Counted from the stretch's first letter, positions 16,901 to 26,471 are shown. The stretch: DNA of 64,000 nucleotides from Sumerlaeia bacterium (GCA_040219255.1 JAVJSW010000069.1:1-64000); one strand, 5' to 3'. The notes: a model not told the origin generated them from the sequence alone. Numbers and translations are program-made.

Positions 16901-19740
16901 TCCATGGTACTGCGCAGGTCGAACTCGACTTCCTCCAACTCCATCTTTTTCGCTTCCAGCTTGGAGAAGTCCAGGATGTCGTTGATGATGGTCAGAAGCG
17001 AATCGGCGCAATGCCGGGTGGTGGAAGCGAACTCCCGCTGCTCGCGGTCCAGATCCGTTTCCAGCAGCAAACCGGTCATGCCGATGATGCCGTTCATGGG
17101 GGTGCGGATTTCGTGGCTCATGTTGGCGAGGAAAGCGCTCTTGGCGCGCAGGGCGCTTTGCGCTTCGTCTCGGGCCGCTTCCAGATCTTTGGCCTGGGCT
17201 TCGATCTGGTTGCGGGCTTCTTCCACTTCGCGGACGTAGATCTGCAGGGCTTCCTCCGCCCGCTTACGGTCGATGGCGATGGCGATCTGGTTGCTGATGA
17301 AACTCATCACTTCCAGATCTTGTTCGTTCAGGTCGTCGGCCTTCTTGTAGCTCTGGATCACCAGCACGCCCATGGCCTGGCCTTTGGAGAGCAGCGGGAT
17401 GCCGAGCCAGACCTTGGCGGTTTTGCCCACGATTTCGATCTCGCCGCGGGCCACCATTTCCAGCAGATCCTCCTCCGTGGCGAGGAGCGGTTCTCCGCTG
17501 CGGATCACCATGGCGGTCACGGTCTTCGCCAGCTCCGCCTGCGTGTAGGCCCGGTCGAAGGGGGCGCCGTCGCGGTCGTAGGGGAAGGTGATCCGGTTGT
17601 CATCGTCGCAGAGGGCGACGTACATGTTCGTCGTATCGACGATGCGCGAGAGGGCCTCGTCCACGGAGTGAAGGAAGTCGTGGAGGGTGACGGTGGCGTT
17701 GGCGGCGGCGGCGATCTGATAGAGGGTTTCGCGGACCCGCTCCTCCATCTTGCGCTCGGTGATGTCCTCGAGCGTCGCCACATAGCCCGGCATGGTCTGG
17801 TCGGAACGGGGCGGCAGAGGCGTGGCGCGCACGTTGACCCAGCGGATCTGGCCGTTGGGCATTTGAACGCGGGCTTCCTCGCGATAGAGCCCGCCTTCGG
17901 CGGCGATCACTTCCAGACCCTTGACAACCTGCTCGCGATCCTCGGGATGGAACGCCGCCTCCCACCCGTCCTCGAGCGCCTGCCCCTCCTCCAAACCCGT
18001 AATGGCGAGAAAGCGGACGTTGGCGTAGATGCAATGGCCCGACTCGTCGATGCGGAAAATGCCCACCGGCGACGACGCGCTGAGGCTGCGGAAGGACTCC
18101 TCGCTGCCCTTGAGCGCGATCTCCGCGATGCGCCGTTCATGGATGTCGCGCACGATGCACTGAAAGCCCGTCGCTTCCTCGCCGTCCATCTGAAGCGTGG
18201 AGCGGATCTCGATCCAGCGCTCGCCCTTCTCGTTGGTGAAGATGGGGAACTGGCGGACCGCTTCCTTTTCGCGCCGGCGCAGTTGCCGCCGCAGCCATTT
18301 CGACACACTGTCGCGATACTCCTCGACCACCAGGTCGATCATTCCCGTGCCGAGCAGATCGGTTTCCGAAACGCCCAGGAATTTCTGCGTCGCAGGGTTG
18401 ACGTAGCTGAAGTTGCCATGGCGGTCGGTGGTGAAAACGATGTCGCCCGCTTCCTCGATCATGCGGCGATAGCGGCGCTCGTTCTCGATCAGCGCTTCTT
18501 CATAGCGTTTGTGCTCGATGGCCCGGGCGACCTGGCCCGACACGAACATCATGATGCTCACGTCGTGGTCGTCATAGGTCACTTCGGGGCGGTAGCTCTG
18601 CACCGCCATCACGCCGATGGTCTTGCCGCCGGTGGTCAAGGGCACCCCGACCCAGGATATCGGCGCCGTGCCCGATTGAACGATCACGCCGGAGGTCACG
18701 AGGGAGATGTACTCTTCGTGATCGAGGAGAATGGGCCGCCCCGAACGGGCCACGAAATGCGTCAGGCTCTTGGGGATGGAGTGGGGCTCGGGGCGTTGGA
18801 TGTCCGGGTCGCGCTCGTCGACTCCGTAGGGGAAGGTGTAAATCGGGTCGTCGCCCTTGCCGACATGCAGCGCGATGAAGAAATTGCGCACGTCGATCAG
18901 GCCGTTGAGGGAACGCCGCACGGCCTGGAACAGACCGAAGAGGTCTTCGCTCTGATTCACCGCTTCCGAGATCTGGAGAAGCGTTTTTTCCACCCTTTGC
19001 CCGCGAACGCGTTCCGTGATGTCGCGGACGATGGCGGTGTAGATCGTATCGTCGCCCACGTGGACGGCGCTGATGTCCACCTCCATGGGAAACTTCTGGA
19101 CGCCGGAGGGGGTGCGGCGCAGCCCGTCGAGTTCCGAGTGAGTGCGAAGAACCTTCAAGCCCTCCGCGCTTTCCATCAGCGACGGGTTGCTTGTGTCCGA
19201 GTGGCCCCACGCTTTCGGGATCAGGGAATTGAGAGACTTCCCCTTCGCTTCCGAAAGGCTGATGCCGAAGATGCGCTGGGCCGCGTTGTTGAGGAACTCG
19301 ATGGAACCATCTTCGACGAAGGTGATGATGCCATCGGCCGCGTTGTCCACGATGGCCTGGGTGCGGGCGCGGTTGAAGGCCATGGCCGAGGTGCGCTCGC
19401 GAACCTGATCCTCGAGGGCGAGACGCTCGCGTTCGAGCGCTTCGCGCCCCCGGCCGATCATGTAGCCGAGAAGACCGAAGAGGACCGGCACGAAGTCGAT
19501 GATGAAAAGCGCCGGGTTCTCGGTGTGGAGAGCCCAAAGGTAGGGCAGCGGCGATTCGATCTGGAGGAGGGAGCGATGAAGTTCGAGGAAGATCGCCAGC
19601 ACGCTGATAATCAGACCGAAGGCGGCGCCGAAAGCCATGTAGAGGAGGCTCGGCCGGCGTAAGGGGGCCGCCTCCCGCCCGGAGGGGGCGCTGCCGCGAC
19701 TCGTTCTGGATCGGGGATCGTTGTCCCGCTGAGGTCCCAT
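13933..19740 (-). CDS. Membrane hybrid sensor kinase/phosphatase: 2TM-PAS-GAF-PAS-PAS-GAF-HisKA-HATPase-REC-REC-HPt-REC-PP2C(SpoIIE)
   Basis: FLANMSHEIRTP, NLVGNAIKFT, DSGIG, GGTGLG; REC motifs VDDN/MDSQMP/TDWMMP; HPt ALHGLKGS; PP2C AGDMLN, DVAGHG, YTDG, HDDIT. Confidence 0.92.
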   Translation of the reverse strand: MGPQRDNDPRSRTSRGSAPSGREAAPLRRPSLLYMAFGAAFGLIISVLAIFLELHRSLLQIESPLPYLWALHTENPALFIIDFVPVLFGLLGYMIGRGREALERERLALEDQVRERTSAMAFNRARTQAIVDNAADGIITFVEDGSIEFLNNAAQRIFGISLSEAKGKSLNSLIPKAWGHSDTSNPSLMESAEGLKVLRTHSELDGLRRTPSGVQKFPMEVDISAVHVGDDTIYTAIVRDITERVRGQRVEKTLLQISEAVNQSEDLFGLFQAVRRSLNGLIDVRNFFIALHVGKGDDPIYTFPYGVDERDPDIQRPEPHSIPKSLTHFVARSGRPILLDHEEYISLVTSGVIVQSGTAPISWVGVPLTTGGKTIGVMAVQSYRPEVTYDDHDVSIMMFVSGQVARAIEHKRYEEALIENERRYRRMIEEAGDIVFTTDRHGNFSYVNPATQKFLGVSETDLLGTGMIDLVVEEYRDSVSKWLRRQLRRREKEAVRQFPIFTNEKGERWIEIRSTLQMDGEEATGFQCIVRDIHERRIAEIALKGSEESFRSLSASSPVGIFRIDESGHCIYANVRFLAITGLEEGQALEDGWEAAFHPEDREQVVKGLEVIAAEGGLYREEARVQMPNGQIRWVNVRATPLPPRSDQTMPGYVATLEDITERKMEERVRETLYQIAAAANATVTLHDFLHSVDEALSRIVDTTNMYVALCDDDNRITFPYDRDGAPFDRAYTQAELAKTVTAMVIRSGEPLLATEEDLLEMVARGEIEIVGKTAKVWLGIPLLSKGQAMGVLVIQSYKKADDLNEQDLEVMSFISNQIAIAIDRKRAEEALQIYVREVEEARNQIEAQAKDLEAARDEAQSALRAKSAFLANMSHEIRTPMNGIIGMTGLLLETDLDREQREFASTTRHCADSLLTIINDILDFSKLEAKKMELEEVEFDLRSTMEEVGDLMAPKAQEKGLELMVRVAKGTPVRILGDPGRLRQVLLNLVGNAIKFTEDGEVVVSVARAREGDTEREVILRFDVQDSGIGIPEDRMDRLFKSFSQVDSSTTRKYGGTGLGLAISRELVEIMGGDVAVESQEGAGSTFTFTARFVVVDEPRTAKIIAPHMMPRVLVVDDNEKNRQIVREQLEAMGCQVAEAASGPGALELLRERDQPDRRLDIALVDLTLAEGLSGEAWIAKTALTEFPGTEFVLMAPRGYKPSLLNGTLTTVLPKPVKQSHLFDVLATNLGAERHPIALPSPEEDIPIVTARHRLRSDLPVRVLIVDDNPVNQAVARTILEKAGYLCEVAGNGRQAVDEWSRGAFDMVVMDSQMPEMDGFEATREIRRLEGVKGGKRTPIVAATAEAMKGDRERCLAAGMDDYVSKPIQAEKLYASLEKYLPEDALAPVTHFPAGTGHLTALSTKSGAEARYIERVAEGDAEFQLKLIGLFLETSGSYIKLVDDTVTQHTAESEDVLRRALHGLKGSCGQVGAEGLVRFVTMAEEAVATRNEDGLDEAVSYIRAEHERVREDLEEYARQLEHLSAAEREEELPDAGERRTVLLAEDDPVSRQVLKKYLNRWGYDARVVVNGEEAYAALQEDPELSILITDWMMPELDGLGLTRRVRGERRENYLYIVMLTAKSDRSDLLEGMEAGVDAFLTKPIDAAEVLAQLRVAERMLELEEELAHRLDEVTRAHRQIKRELAAAARVQQSRLPRAAPEFPGVEFGWIFDSCDEVAGDMLNVVPLDEDRVAVYILDVAGHGVKAAFLSVTLSDVLRVPQAGSGVLARVDDEGRRTFNSPAEVAHILNRRFPMQNELNQFFTILYGILDIPRRTFTYTRAGHPELFLARGGEIEVLDSDAAGPAIGIIEDIPYENAVLHLQAGDRLYLYTDGVVEAQDREGHEYGVARAVERLKETLNLNVEESLGALHTDVREFAEGTPQHDDITLLGFRLL

Positions 19741-19884
19741 TCGCCGCCTGTTTCAGAACGGAATACGAGCCAGATGCCCCCGCGGTTTTTGGCCGGTCCA
19801 GGGCATGGTATTTGTCAGCATTATCGCGTTTTGAGGACGGAGTCTATCCGGTTGTCGAACCTTTCCGCACCTTTTTGAGCGATC

Positions 19885-20727
19885 TTAGCCGACAAAAGCG
19901 GCCGTGCTCTCAAGCCGCTTGGCCACCGCTTTCCACTCCCCTTCGTCCAGACCCCAGCGGCCCAGCAACTCTTCGCGCTCGCCCAGCTTGCCGTGGCAAT
20001 CCGAGCCGCCCGTCTTCACCAGCCCGTGCAGGTCCACCGCCGACTGAGCCTTCGCCTCTTCGTCCTTGCCGTGCTTGCTGTGATGCACCTCCACGCCGTC
20101 GAGCCCCATCTGAGCCAATTGCGGAATCAGGTGGAACTGATCGCCCAGACCCGGATGCGCCATCACGGCGATGCCGCCCGCCGCGTGAATCAGGTCGATG
20201 GCCAGCTTGGGCTCCACCATCAGTTTGGGAACGCAGGCCGGCTGGCCATTGGCCAGGTACTTGTCGAACGCTTCCTGCAATGTGCTGACGTGGCCGGCGT
20301 CCAGCAGGGCCTTGCCGATGTGGGGCCGGCCCACCACGCCGCCGTCGCACTTGGCCACCACTTCGTCCATGTCGATGGGAACGCCAAGTTCGGCGAGGCG
20401 CTGGCCGATGATGCGGGCGCGCTCTTCGCGCGCGGCGACGAATTTCTCGCAATGCTCGGCCAGTTCCGCCGAATCGATGTCGATACCGAAACCGAGCATG
20501 TGAATCTCGGCCTTGCCCAGATAACAGGTCAATTCCACAGCGGGAACCACGGTCACACCCAAGCGTTCGCCCGCCGCGCGGGCCTCGGCGACGCCGTCGA
20601 TGGTATCGTGATCGGAAAGAGCCAGGACTTTCAGGCCCCGCTCGGCCGCCCGTTCGACGACCCGGGCCGGGCTGTCGACCCCGTCGCTGGCGGTGGAGTG
20701 GCTGTGCATGTCGGCGATAATGGGCAT
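19885..20727 (-). CDS. PHP-domain phosphoesterase (YciV/TrpH-like)
   Basis: DMHSHSTASDG, LSDHDT, EIHMLG, GRPHI, MAHP, GGSDCHG. Confidence 0.9.
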   Translation of the reverse strand: MPIIADMHSHSTASDGVDSPARVVERAAERGLKVLALSDHDTIDGVAEARAAGERLGVTVVPAVELTCYLGKAEIHMLGFGIDIDSAELAEHCEKFVAAREERARIIGQRLAELGVPIDMDEVVAKCDGGVVGRPHIGKALLDAGHVSTLQEAFDKYLANGQPACVPKLMVEPKLAIDLIHAAGGIAVMAHPGLGDQFHLIPQLAQMGLDGVEVHHSKHGKDEEAKAQSAVDLHGLVKTGGSDCHGKLGEREELLGRWGLDEGEWKAVAKRLESTAAFVG

Positions 20728-20794
20728 CGGTAAGGCGATCTCCTGAGAAAAACGAACGTCCGCCCCCAGGGCGGAGTTTGATACGATGCGGAAA

Positions 20795-21304
20795 CTATGC
20801 CTCTTTCAGCGTCCGCACCGCAACGCGATATACCCGCCCCGGCAGCAGGAAACCGGCGGGAAACTCATAAAGGGCTCCATCCAGAGTGGTCACCACGAGC
20901 CAGCGGAAGGGAAACCCGCGAAAGCTCGCCTGCTCGATCTTCTCCGCGGGCAGAACCACCGGCTCGCCCTGCCCGCGGGGCGTGAAAGCCAGCTCCCGCT
21001 CCGCCGTCACCGTCAGCGTCCCCACGGCCCGCTGGCCGTTCCGCAGCAGCGCGGCGGCGCCTTCCGCTAGCACTTTGCCTTGGCTGCGGGCGGGCTCGCC
21101 CCCGCCCGATTTGGCTTCCAACTGCCGCTTGATGCGCTGACGGGGCGTCCAAGTCACCTTGCACTCCTCGTCCGCGGGCCCGATGGTCTTGGGAAAGAGT
21201 TCCTCGCCAAGAAGAAACTCGCGGGCCTCCTCCTCCGACTCGGCCCTCAGGACACCGCGCCGCACCGTGCCGCGGCTGTCTATGGCTTGAAATTCGTACT
21301 TCAC
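20795..21304 (-). CDS. Hypothetical protein with PilC/GspF-type N-terminal domain
   Basis: KYEFQAIDSRGTVRRGVLRAESEEEAREFL resembles the GspF/PilC N-terminus; beta-rich C-terminus; no TM; GTG start at 21304. Confidence 0.6.
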   Translation of the reverse strand: MKYEFQAIDSRGTVRRGVLRAESEEEAREFLLGEELFPKTIGPADEECKVTWTPRQRIKRQLEAKSGGGEPARSQGKVLAEGAAALLRNGQRAVGTLTVTAERELAFTPRGQGEPVVLPAEKIEQASFRGFPFRWLVVTTLDGALYEFPAGFLLPGRVYRVAVRTLKEA

Positions 21305-21399
21305 GTGTTGAGCACTCCCCCGGGGGTTGGCGTAAAGACTGGCCCCCCGGGCGGCGGACCGCAAGCCGCCTTGAGAAGGAAAGGGACCTTTTGACCGCG

Positions 21400-22545
21400 A
21401 TGCGCATCCTTGCCGACGAAAACATCCCCCGTGTACGCGAGGCTCTGGCCGGCCTGGACGCGGAAATCACCACCAAACTGGGCCGCGCTATGACCCGCGC
21501 GGACCTGCAAGGCGTCGACGCGCTCCTGGTGCGATCCGTGACCCGGGTTGACGAAGCGCTGCTGGCGGGGACGCCGGTCCGTTTTGTCGGCACCGCCACG
21601 ATCGGCACGGACCACATCGATCTCGATTATCTGAAATCCCAGGGCATCGGCTTCTCGAGCGCCGCCGGCAGCAACGCCCGCTCGGTCCTCGAGTACGTGC
21701 TCACCGCGCTGGCCCACATCGCCGTGGCGCGCGGCATCGATTGGCGGGGCAAAACGCTCGGCATCGTCGGCCGGGGCAATATCGGCTCCCTGGTGGAGGA
21801 GCACGCCGGCGCTCTCGGGCTCAGCACCATCGTCTGCGATCCACCGCTGGCCCGGGCCGGGGGTGGAGGCATGTTCGTCGACCTGGACACGCTTCTCGAA
21901 CTCTCCGATGTCGTGACGTGCCACGTTCCTCTGAATCGCCAGGGACCGGACAAAACCGTCGGCCTGATCGGCGCGCGAGAACTGGAGTTGCTGGGCCCCG
22001 GCGGCTGGATCGTCAATTCGTCGCGGGGCGTGGTGGTCGACAACGAAGCGCTGGAGAGCGCCCTGGCGGAGGGCCGGATCGGCGGCGCGGTGCTTGACGT
22101 CTGGGAGGGCGAACCGCGGATCTCCCAGTCACTCGCGCGGCGCGTCCACCTCGCCACGGCGCACATCGCGGGTTACAGCGCGGAAGGCAAACTGAACGGC
22201 ACCCGCCAGATCGCCGATGCGCTCCGCGCCCACTTCGGCGCGCCGCCGGTGCGGGGCCTTCAGCTCGAGCCGGCGGCAACGCCCGGCATCGCGGCGCCCG
22301 GGGCCGGCGACTTCTGGAGCCAGGCCCTCCACGCCTTCACCCACAGTTACCCGATCATGGCGGATGACTGGGCGCTGCGCGAGACGCTCGATCTCGCCAC
22401 CGGCGACAAGCGCGGTGCGGCTTTCGACCGCCTGCGCAAGGACTACCCGGAGCGGCGCGAGTTCGCCAATTACCGCTTTTCCCCCTCCGATTTCCGCGAA
22501 GACGTTGTGAAGTCCTTGCTTCAACTGGGATTTACCGCGATATAG
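21400..22545 (+). CDS. pdxB: 4-phosphoerythronate dehydrogenase
   Basis: ILADENIP, LLVRSVT, GTATIGTDH, DVWEGEP, HIAGYSAEGK, FDRLRKDYPERRE. Confidence 0.93.
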   Translation: MRILADENIPRVREALAGLDAEITTKLGRAMTRADLQGVDALLVRSVTRVDEALLAGTPVRFVGTATIGTDHIDLDYLKSQGIGFSSAAGSNARSVLEYVLTALAHIAVARGIDWRGKTLGIVGRGNIGSLVEEHAGALGLSTIVCDPPLARAGGGGMFVDLDTLLELSDVVTCHVPLNRQGPDKTVGLIGARELELLGPGGWIVNSSRGVVVDNEALESALAEGRIGGAVLDVWEGEPRISQSLARRVHLATAHIAGYSAEGKLNGTRQIADALRAHFGAPPVRGLQLEPAATPGIAAPGAGDFWSQALHAFTHSYPIMADDWALRETLDLATGDKRGAAFDRLRKDYPERREFANYRFSPSDFREDVVKSLLQLGFTAI

Positions 22546-22575
22546 AGCGCGACATTCGATGCGCGAGGTGAATCC

Positions 22576-23874
22576 ATGCGCTCCCTGAAGCTTTTCTTCC
22601 TGCTCGCGGCCGCCGCGATGCTCCTGCCCGCTGTGGCACGTCCGGAAACTCCCGGCGCCCGCGAAGTCCTCAAGCGGGTCGCTAAGTACTACGGCCAGTC
22701 GCCCGCCTGGTGGGCGTCCTTCGAGGCCTACGGCGCCAGCGAAGACGGCCGCCCCGCGGAGAATTCTCCCCCGCCGGACAAAGGCATCCTCCTCTACGCC
22801 CGCCCCGGAATCCTCATGGCGGACTTCGGCGATATGGGCCTGCGGTCCGACGGCCGCGAGATCGTCGCGCTCAACCGGCCCGCCCGTCAGGCCCTTCAAT
22901 TCATGGCCCCGGACCCCCTCCACATCGGCAGCATCCGCGCTCTCGAACCGATGCTCGACCGATTCACCGGGCCTCTCGGCCTGATCGACATCGCCGAATC
23001 CGGACCGGCGGTTCTCGACACGAACGGCATGAGCATGATCGAGGACGAGGAATTGGGAACGCTGGCGCGGTTTGAGGTGCAAACCTCGAACGGCAAGCGC
23101 GTTTTCGACTTCGACCCCGCGACGGGCAAAATGGAGCGGTCCCTGGCCAACTGGAACGGCCCCATGTGGATCGCCGTCCGGTACACCGACCAGCGGCCCG
23201 TGGACGAAGCCACCGTCAAATCCAGTTCCACCGCCACCGTCCCCGGCAGCTATGAGTTGATCAATCCCAAGCGCACCACGTTGACCAACGCGGACATCGA
23301 CCAGGACTACGGCTCGCCCGAGGCCCAGCAACGCCTCGGCCCCGCCCCCCAGCCGCGCCAGCGCTCCACAAGAGGTGCCAATCAGGCGGCTCAGCAGGTC
23401 GCTCATCTGGTGAAGACCATGAAGTCCGACGGCCAGGTCGGTCATCGGCCCGCCGATTTCTCGCTCTATAGCGTCGAGGGCCGCAACGTCTCGCTCTCGA
23501 ACTATCGGGGCAAAGTCGTGGTGCTCGACTTCTGGGCCACCTGGTGCGGACCCTGCCGCGAAGCCATGCCGGAAATGGAGAAGCTGGCCAACGAGTACAA
23601 AACCAATCGGGACGTCGTTGTGATCGGTATGAACATGGATACAGAGAACAGTGCCCGCGACCGCCTCGTGCGCACCTTCCTGCGGAACAACAGGATCACC
23701 TTCGAGCAGTTCTACTCCGATAACTCCACCTCGCGGGACTTCGGTGCGAGCAGCATCCCCCGCACCGTCGTCATCGGCAAAGACGGAAGGGTCAAGGGCG
23801 GCATGCGCGGCTTTTCGCCCTACATGGATGACGCCCTGAAGGTGGTTATCGAGGAAGCCTTGGCCGCTTCCTGA
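22576..23874 (+). CDS. Secreted protein with N-terminal domain (possibly LolA-like) and C-terminal TlpA/ResA thioredoxin-like domain
   Basis: Signal peptide; DFWATWCGPC; SIPRTVVIGKDG. Confidence 0.8.
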   Translation: MRSLKLFFLLAAAAMLLPAVARPETPGAREVLKRVAKYYGQSPAWWASFEAYGASEDGRPAENSPPPDKGILLYARPGILMADFGDMGLRSDGREIVALNRPARQALQFMAPDPLHIGSIRALEPMLDRFTGPLGLIDIAESGPAVLDTNGMSMIEDEELGTLARFEVQTSNGKRVFDFDPATGKMERSLANWNGPMWIAVRYTDQRPVDEATVKSSSTATVPGSYELINPKRTTLTNADIDQDYGSPEAQQRLGPAPQPRQRSTRGANQAAQQVAHLVKTMKSDGQVGHRPADFSLYSVEGRNVSLSNYRGKVVVLDFWATWCGPCREAMPEMEKLANEYKTNRDVVVIGMNMDTENSARDRLVRTFLRNNRITFEQFYSDNSTSRDFGASSIPRTVVIGKDGRVKGGMRGFSPYMDDALKVVIEEALAAS

Positions 23875-24679
23875 CGGAACGCACGGCGCCGGCCAGCGCC
23901 GCCAGCCGCGCCGCGTCGATGGCGCCCTCCCATTGGCCCCTGTCCTTGAAGTAACTCCCCACGATCAAGAGGTCCGCCACCGCGTACTCGGCCACGTTCT
24001 CCGGCGTGACGCCCGAGCCAATGGCCACCGGCAGACGCGTCGCGGCCGCGGCTCGCTCCAGGTCGCCGGGCCGGGCCGGACTGCCCGTCGCCGTTCCCGT
24101 GACGATGACGCCGTCGGCGCGAAAGAACTCCGCCGCGTGAATCGTTTCCGCCAAATCCACATCCGCCGTCACCGCGTGCGAGGAGTGCTTCTTCTTGATG
24201 TCCGCCAGCACAGCGATGTGCTCCGCGCCGATGGCGCGCCGATACCGCAGCAACTCACCGGCGCAGGCGTCATGATAGCCTTCGTCGCCGATGTGGCCGA
24301 AGACGAAGCCTTCCGCGCGAACGAAGGCGGCACCGCAGGCCAGAGCCACGGCGAGAGCCTCGCAATTCGCCCCGGCGAGGACTTGAACCCCCAGGGGAAG
24401 CGACGGCGCGGCCTCGCGCGCGGCCAGACCGGCGGCCGTCATGGCGGCGACGATTTCCGGCCCGACGGCGCCCTTCAGGTACGGCGCGTCGTGCATGTTC
24501 TCGATCATCAGCGCATCGCAGCCGCCCTGCGCCAGGAGCCGCGCTTCCTCCTCCACCCGGCCGATGACGGTACCCAGATCGCCGCCATACAGGGACGTTC
24601 CCGGCAGCGCCGGCACATGAATCATCCCGCAGAGGACGGGGCGGTCCGGCAGGAGGAAGGAAAGAGCTGAAGTCGTCAT
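23846..24679 (-). CDS. BtpA/SgcQ family protein
   Basis: GMIHVPALPG, IENMHDAPY, ADIKKKHS, ADGVIVTGTATG, GSGVT. Confidence 0.9.
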   Translation of the reverse strand: MTTSALSFLLPDRPVLCGMIHVPALPGTSLYGGDLGTVIGRVEEEARLLAQGGCDALMIENMHDAPYLKGAVGPEIVAAMTAAGLAAREAAPSLPLGVQVLAGANCEALAVALACGAAFVRAEGFVFGHIGDEGYHDACAGELLRYRRAIGAEHIAVLADIKKKHSSHAVTADVDLAETIHAAEFFRADGVIVTGTATGSPARPGDLERAAAATRLPVAIGSGVTPENVAEYAVADLLIVGSYFKDRGQWEGAIDAARLAALAGAVRSVRKRPRLPR

Positions 24680-24794
24680 AGGACACCCTTAGAGGCAAGT
24701 GCCGCCGTCCCGCCGGCCATCGGCCGCGGTTCTCAGGCAACGAACGCATTCTGTCCGGCAAGAAGCAAGGAGGGAGGCTCCGGCGGGGCAGACG

Positions 24795-24837
24795 AAAAAA
24801 ACGCCCAATTCCGGGCGGAAGCCGGGAACTGGGCGTT
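24795..24837 (-). terminator. Intrinsic terminator ending the ribosomal supercluster
   Basis: Minus strand AACGCCCAGTTCC..GGAATTGGGCGTT followed by a U run, 30 nt after rplQ. Confidence 0.8.
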
Positions 24838-24867
24838 GGAGATCGGGAACGGACCGGGCCCGTCGTC

Positions 24868-25281
24868 TTAGGAGTCGGAGGTTTCCGATTCCTCTTTCGC
24901 GGCGGGGGCGGCGGCGACCGCCACTTCCGCGTCGACGAATTCGATGTAGGCCATCACGGCGCCGTCGCCGGCCCGCCTCAGATCGTGAATGATGCGGGTG
25001 TAGCCACCGGGCCGTTCCGCGAAGCGCGGAGCGACTTCGGTGAAGAGCTTCTTGACCGCTTCTTTGCTTTGCAGCTTGGAGAACGCCTGGCGGTAGTGAT
25101 GGGTTTCCCCTTTTTTGCCGAGAGTTACAAGTTTCTCGATGTACGGGCGCAGCGCCTTGGCCTTGGCCTCGGTGGTGCGGATACGCTCGTGCTGGATCAG
25201 AGCGGCAGCCAGGTTGCGGAGCAACGCGTTGCGATGTCCCGTGGTGCGGCTCAGTTTATGGCGGTGTTTCCGGTGGCGCAT
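24868..25281 (-). CDS. rplQ: 50S ribosomal protein L17
   Basis: [28 protein letters not shown]. Confidence 0.98.
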   Translation of the reverse strand: MRHRKHRHKLSRTTGHRNALLRNLAAALIQHERIRTTEAKAKALRPYIEKLVTLGKKGETHHYRQAFSKLQSKEAVKKLFTEVAPRFAERPGGYTRIIHDLRRAGDGAVMAYIEFVDAEVAVAAAPAAKEESETSDS

Positions 25282-25325
25282 GATCTTCGGTCCTGGTTCG
25301 TTGAGAGTCTAGTTGTGGAAACGGA

Positions 25326-26354
25326 TTAGTCTTTGTCCGAGCCCATGTTCACGGGCAATCCGCGATCGTCGAGCTTCATGTTGAAGGTCAGCCCGTAGGC
25401 TTTCAGGATGGCCTTGATCTCCGAAAGAGACTTCCGGCCGAAGTTGCGGTATTTCAGCATCTCGCTCTCCGACTTCTGCACCAGGTCGCGGATCGTCTTG
25501 ATCCCCGCGGCTTCCAGGCAGTTGAAGGAGCGAACCGAGAGTTCGAGTTCCTCGATGGACTTGTCGAGGATCGCCTGCATCGAGGCCACCGCATCGGCTT
25601 CTTCATCCTCGCCGCCGCCGGCGATTTCCGCCGCCACATGATCGCGGTCTTCCACGCGGATGAAAATATCCAGGTGGTCGCGCAGGATCTTGGCCGCGTA
25701 GCTCACCGCTTCGTCGGGCCGCACCGAACCGTTGGTGCTGACTTCCAGCACGAGACGGTCATAGTCGGTACGCTGACCGACGCGGGCGTCGCTCACTTCG
25801 TAGCGCACCTTGCGGATCGGCGAGAAAACAGCGTCGATCGGCAGGATGCCGATATCGTCTTCGTCTTCCATTTCCGGGTACTGAGCCGCCAGATAGCCGC
25901 GGCCCTGAGCCACCAGCACGTCCATCTCGAGATGGCCGTCGGCGGTCAGTTCGGCGATGTACTGATCCGGGTTGAGGATGTGCAGGTGATCGGGCAGCTC
26001 GAAATCGGCGGCCGTCACCACTCCCGGACCCTCTTTGTCGAGCACGATGGTCGTCTTGTCCGTCATGCCGTCCAACTTGAAGACCACTTGCTTCAGGTTG
26101 AGAATGACGTCGTTGACGTCTTCGCGACAGCCGGGGACCTGCATGAATTCGTGGCGGACGCCTTCAAAGCGGACGCTGGTGGCGGCGGCGCCCTGGATCG
26201 AGGAGAGCAGGACGCGGCGTAGCGAGTTGCCCAGCGTCGTACCGAAGCCACGCTCGAGCGGTTCGATGGTGAAGCGGCCGAAGCTTTCCGTCAGTGTGAC
26301 GCGGTCGGGCACAAGGCGGGAAGGACGAATGAGAGGTTTGAGTTCGAGTTCCAT
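25326..26354 (-). CDS. rpoA: RNA polymerase alpha subunit
   Basis: EPLERGFGTTLGNSLRRVLLSS; alpha-CTD ELSVRSFNCL, NFGRKSL. Confidence 0.98.
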   Translation of the reverse strand: MELELKPLIRPSRLVPDRVTLTESFGRFTIEPLERGFGTTLGNSLRRVLLSSIQGAAATSVRFEGVRHEFMQVPGCREDVNDVILNLKQVVFKLDGMTDKTTIVLDKEGPGVVTAADFELPDHLHILNPDQYIAELTADGHLEMDVLVAQGRGYLAAQYPEMEDEDDIGILPIDAVFSPIRKVRYEVSDARVGQRTDYDRLVLEVSTNGSVRPDEAVSYAAKILRDHLDIFIRVEDRDHVAAEIAGGGEDEEADAVASMQAILDKSIEELELSVRSFNCLEAAGIKTIRDLVQKSESEMLKYRNFGRKSLSEIKAILKAYGLTFNMKLDDRGLPVNMGSDKD

Positions 26355-26471
26355 AGTGGAAACAGCTCCTGGAGAAAAGGTGGCGCGCTCCTTCTTTTCC
26401 GGCCTGAGCTAAGGGCCAAAAGCACGGAGCGGCAACACCCTGAAATGGGATCGGGGTTGGGGAGGGAGAAC

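Noticed and set aside
15172-19662. 1496-aa plus-strand ORF and many other long overlapping ORFs (e.g. 2978..4564, 34198..36033, 62732..63919)
   Set aside because: Antisense shadows of well-supported genes; high-GC codon bias suppresses stops on the opposite strand, and the translations have no recognisable motifs.
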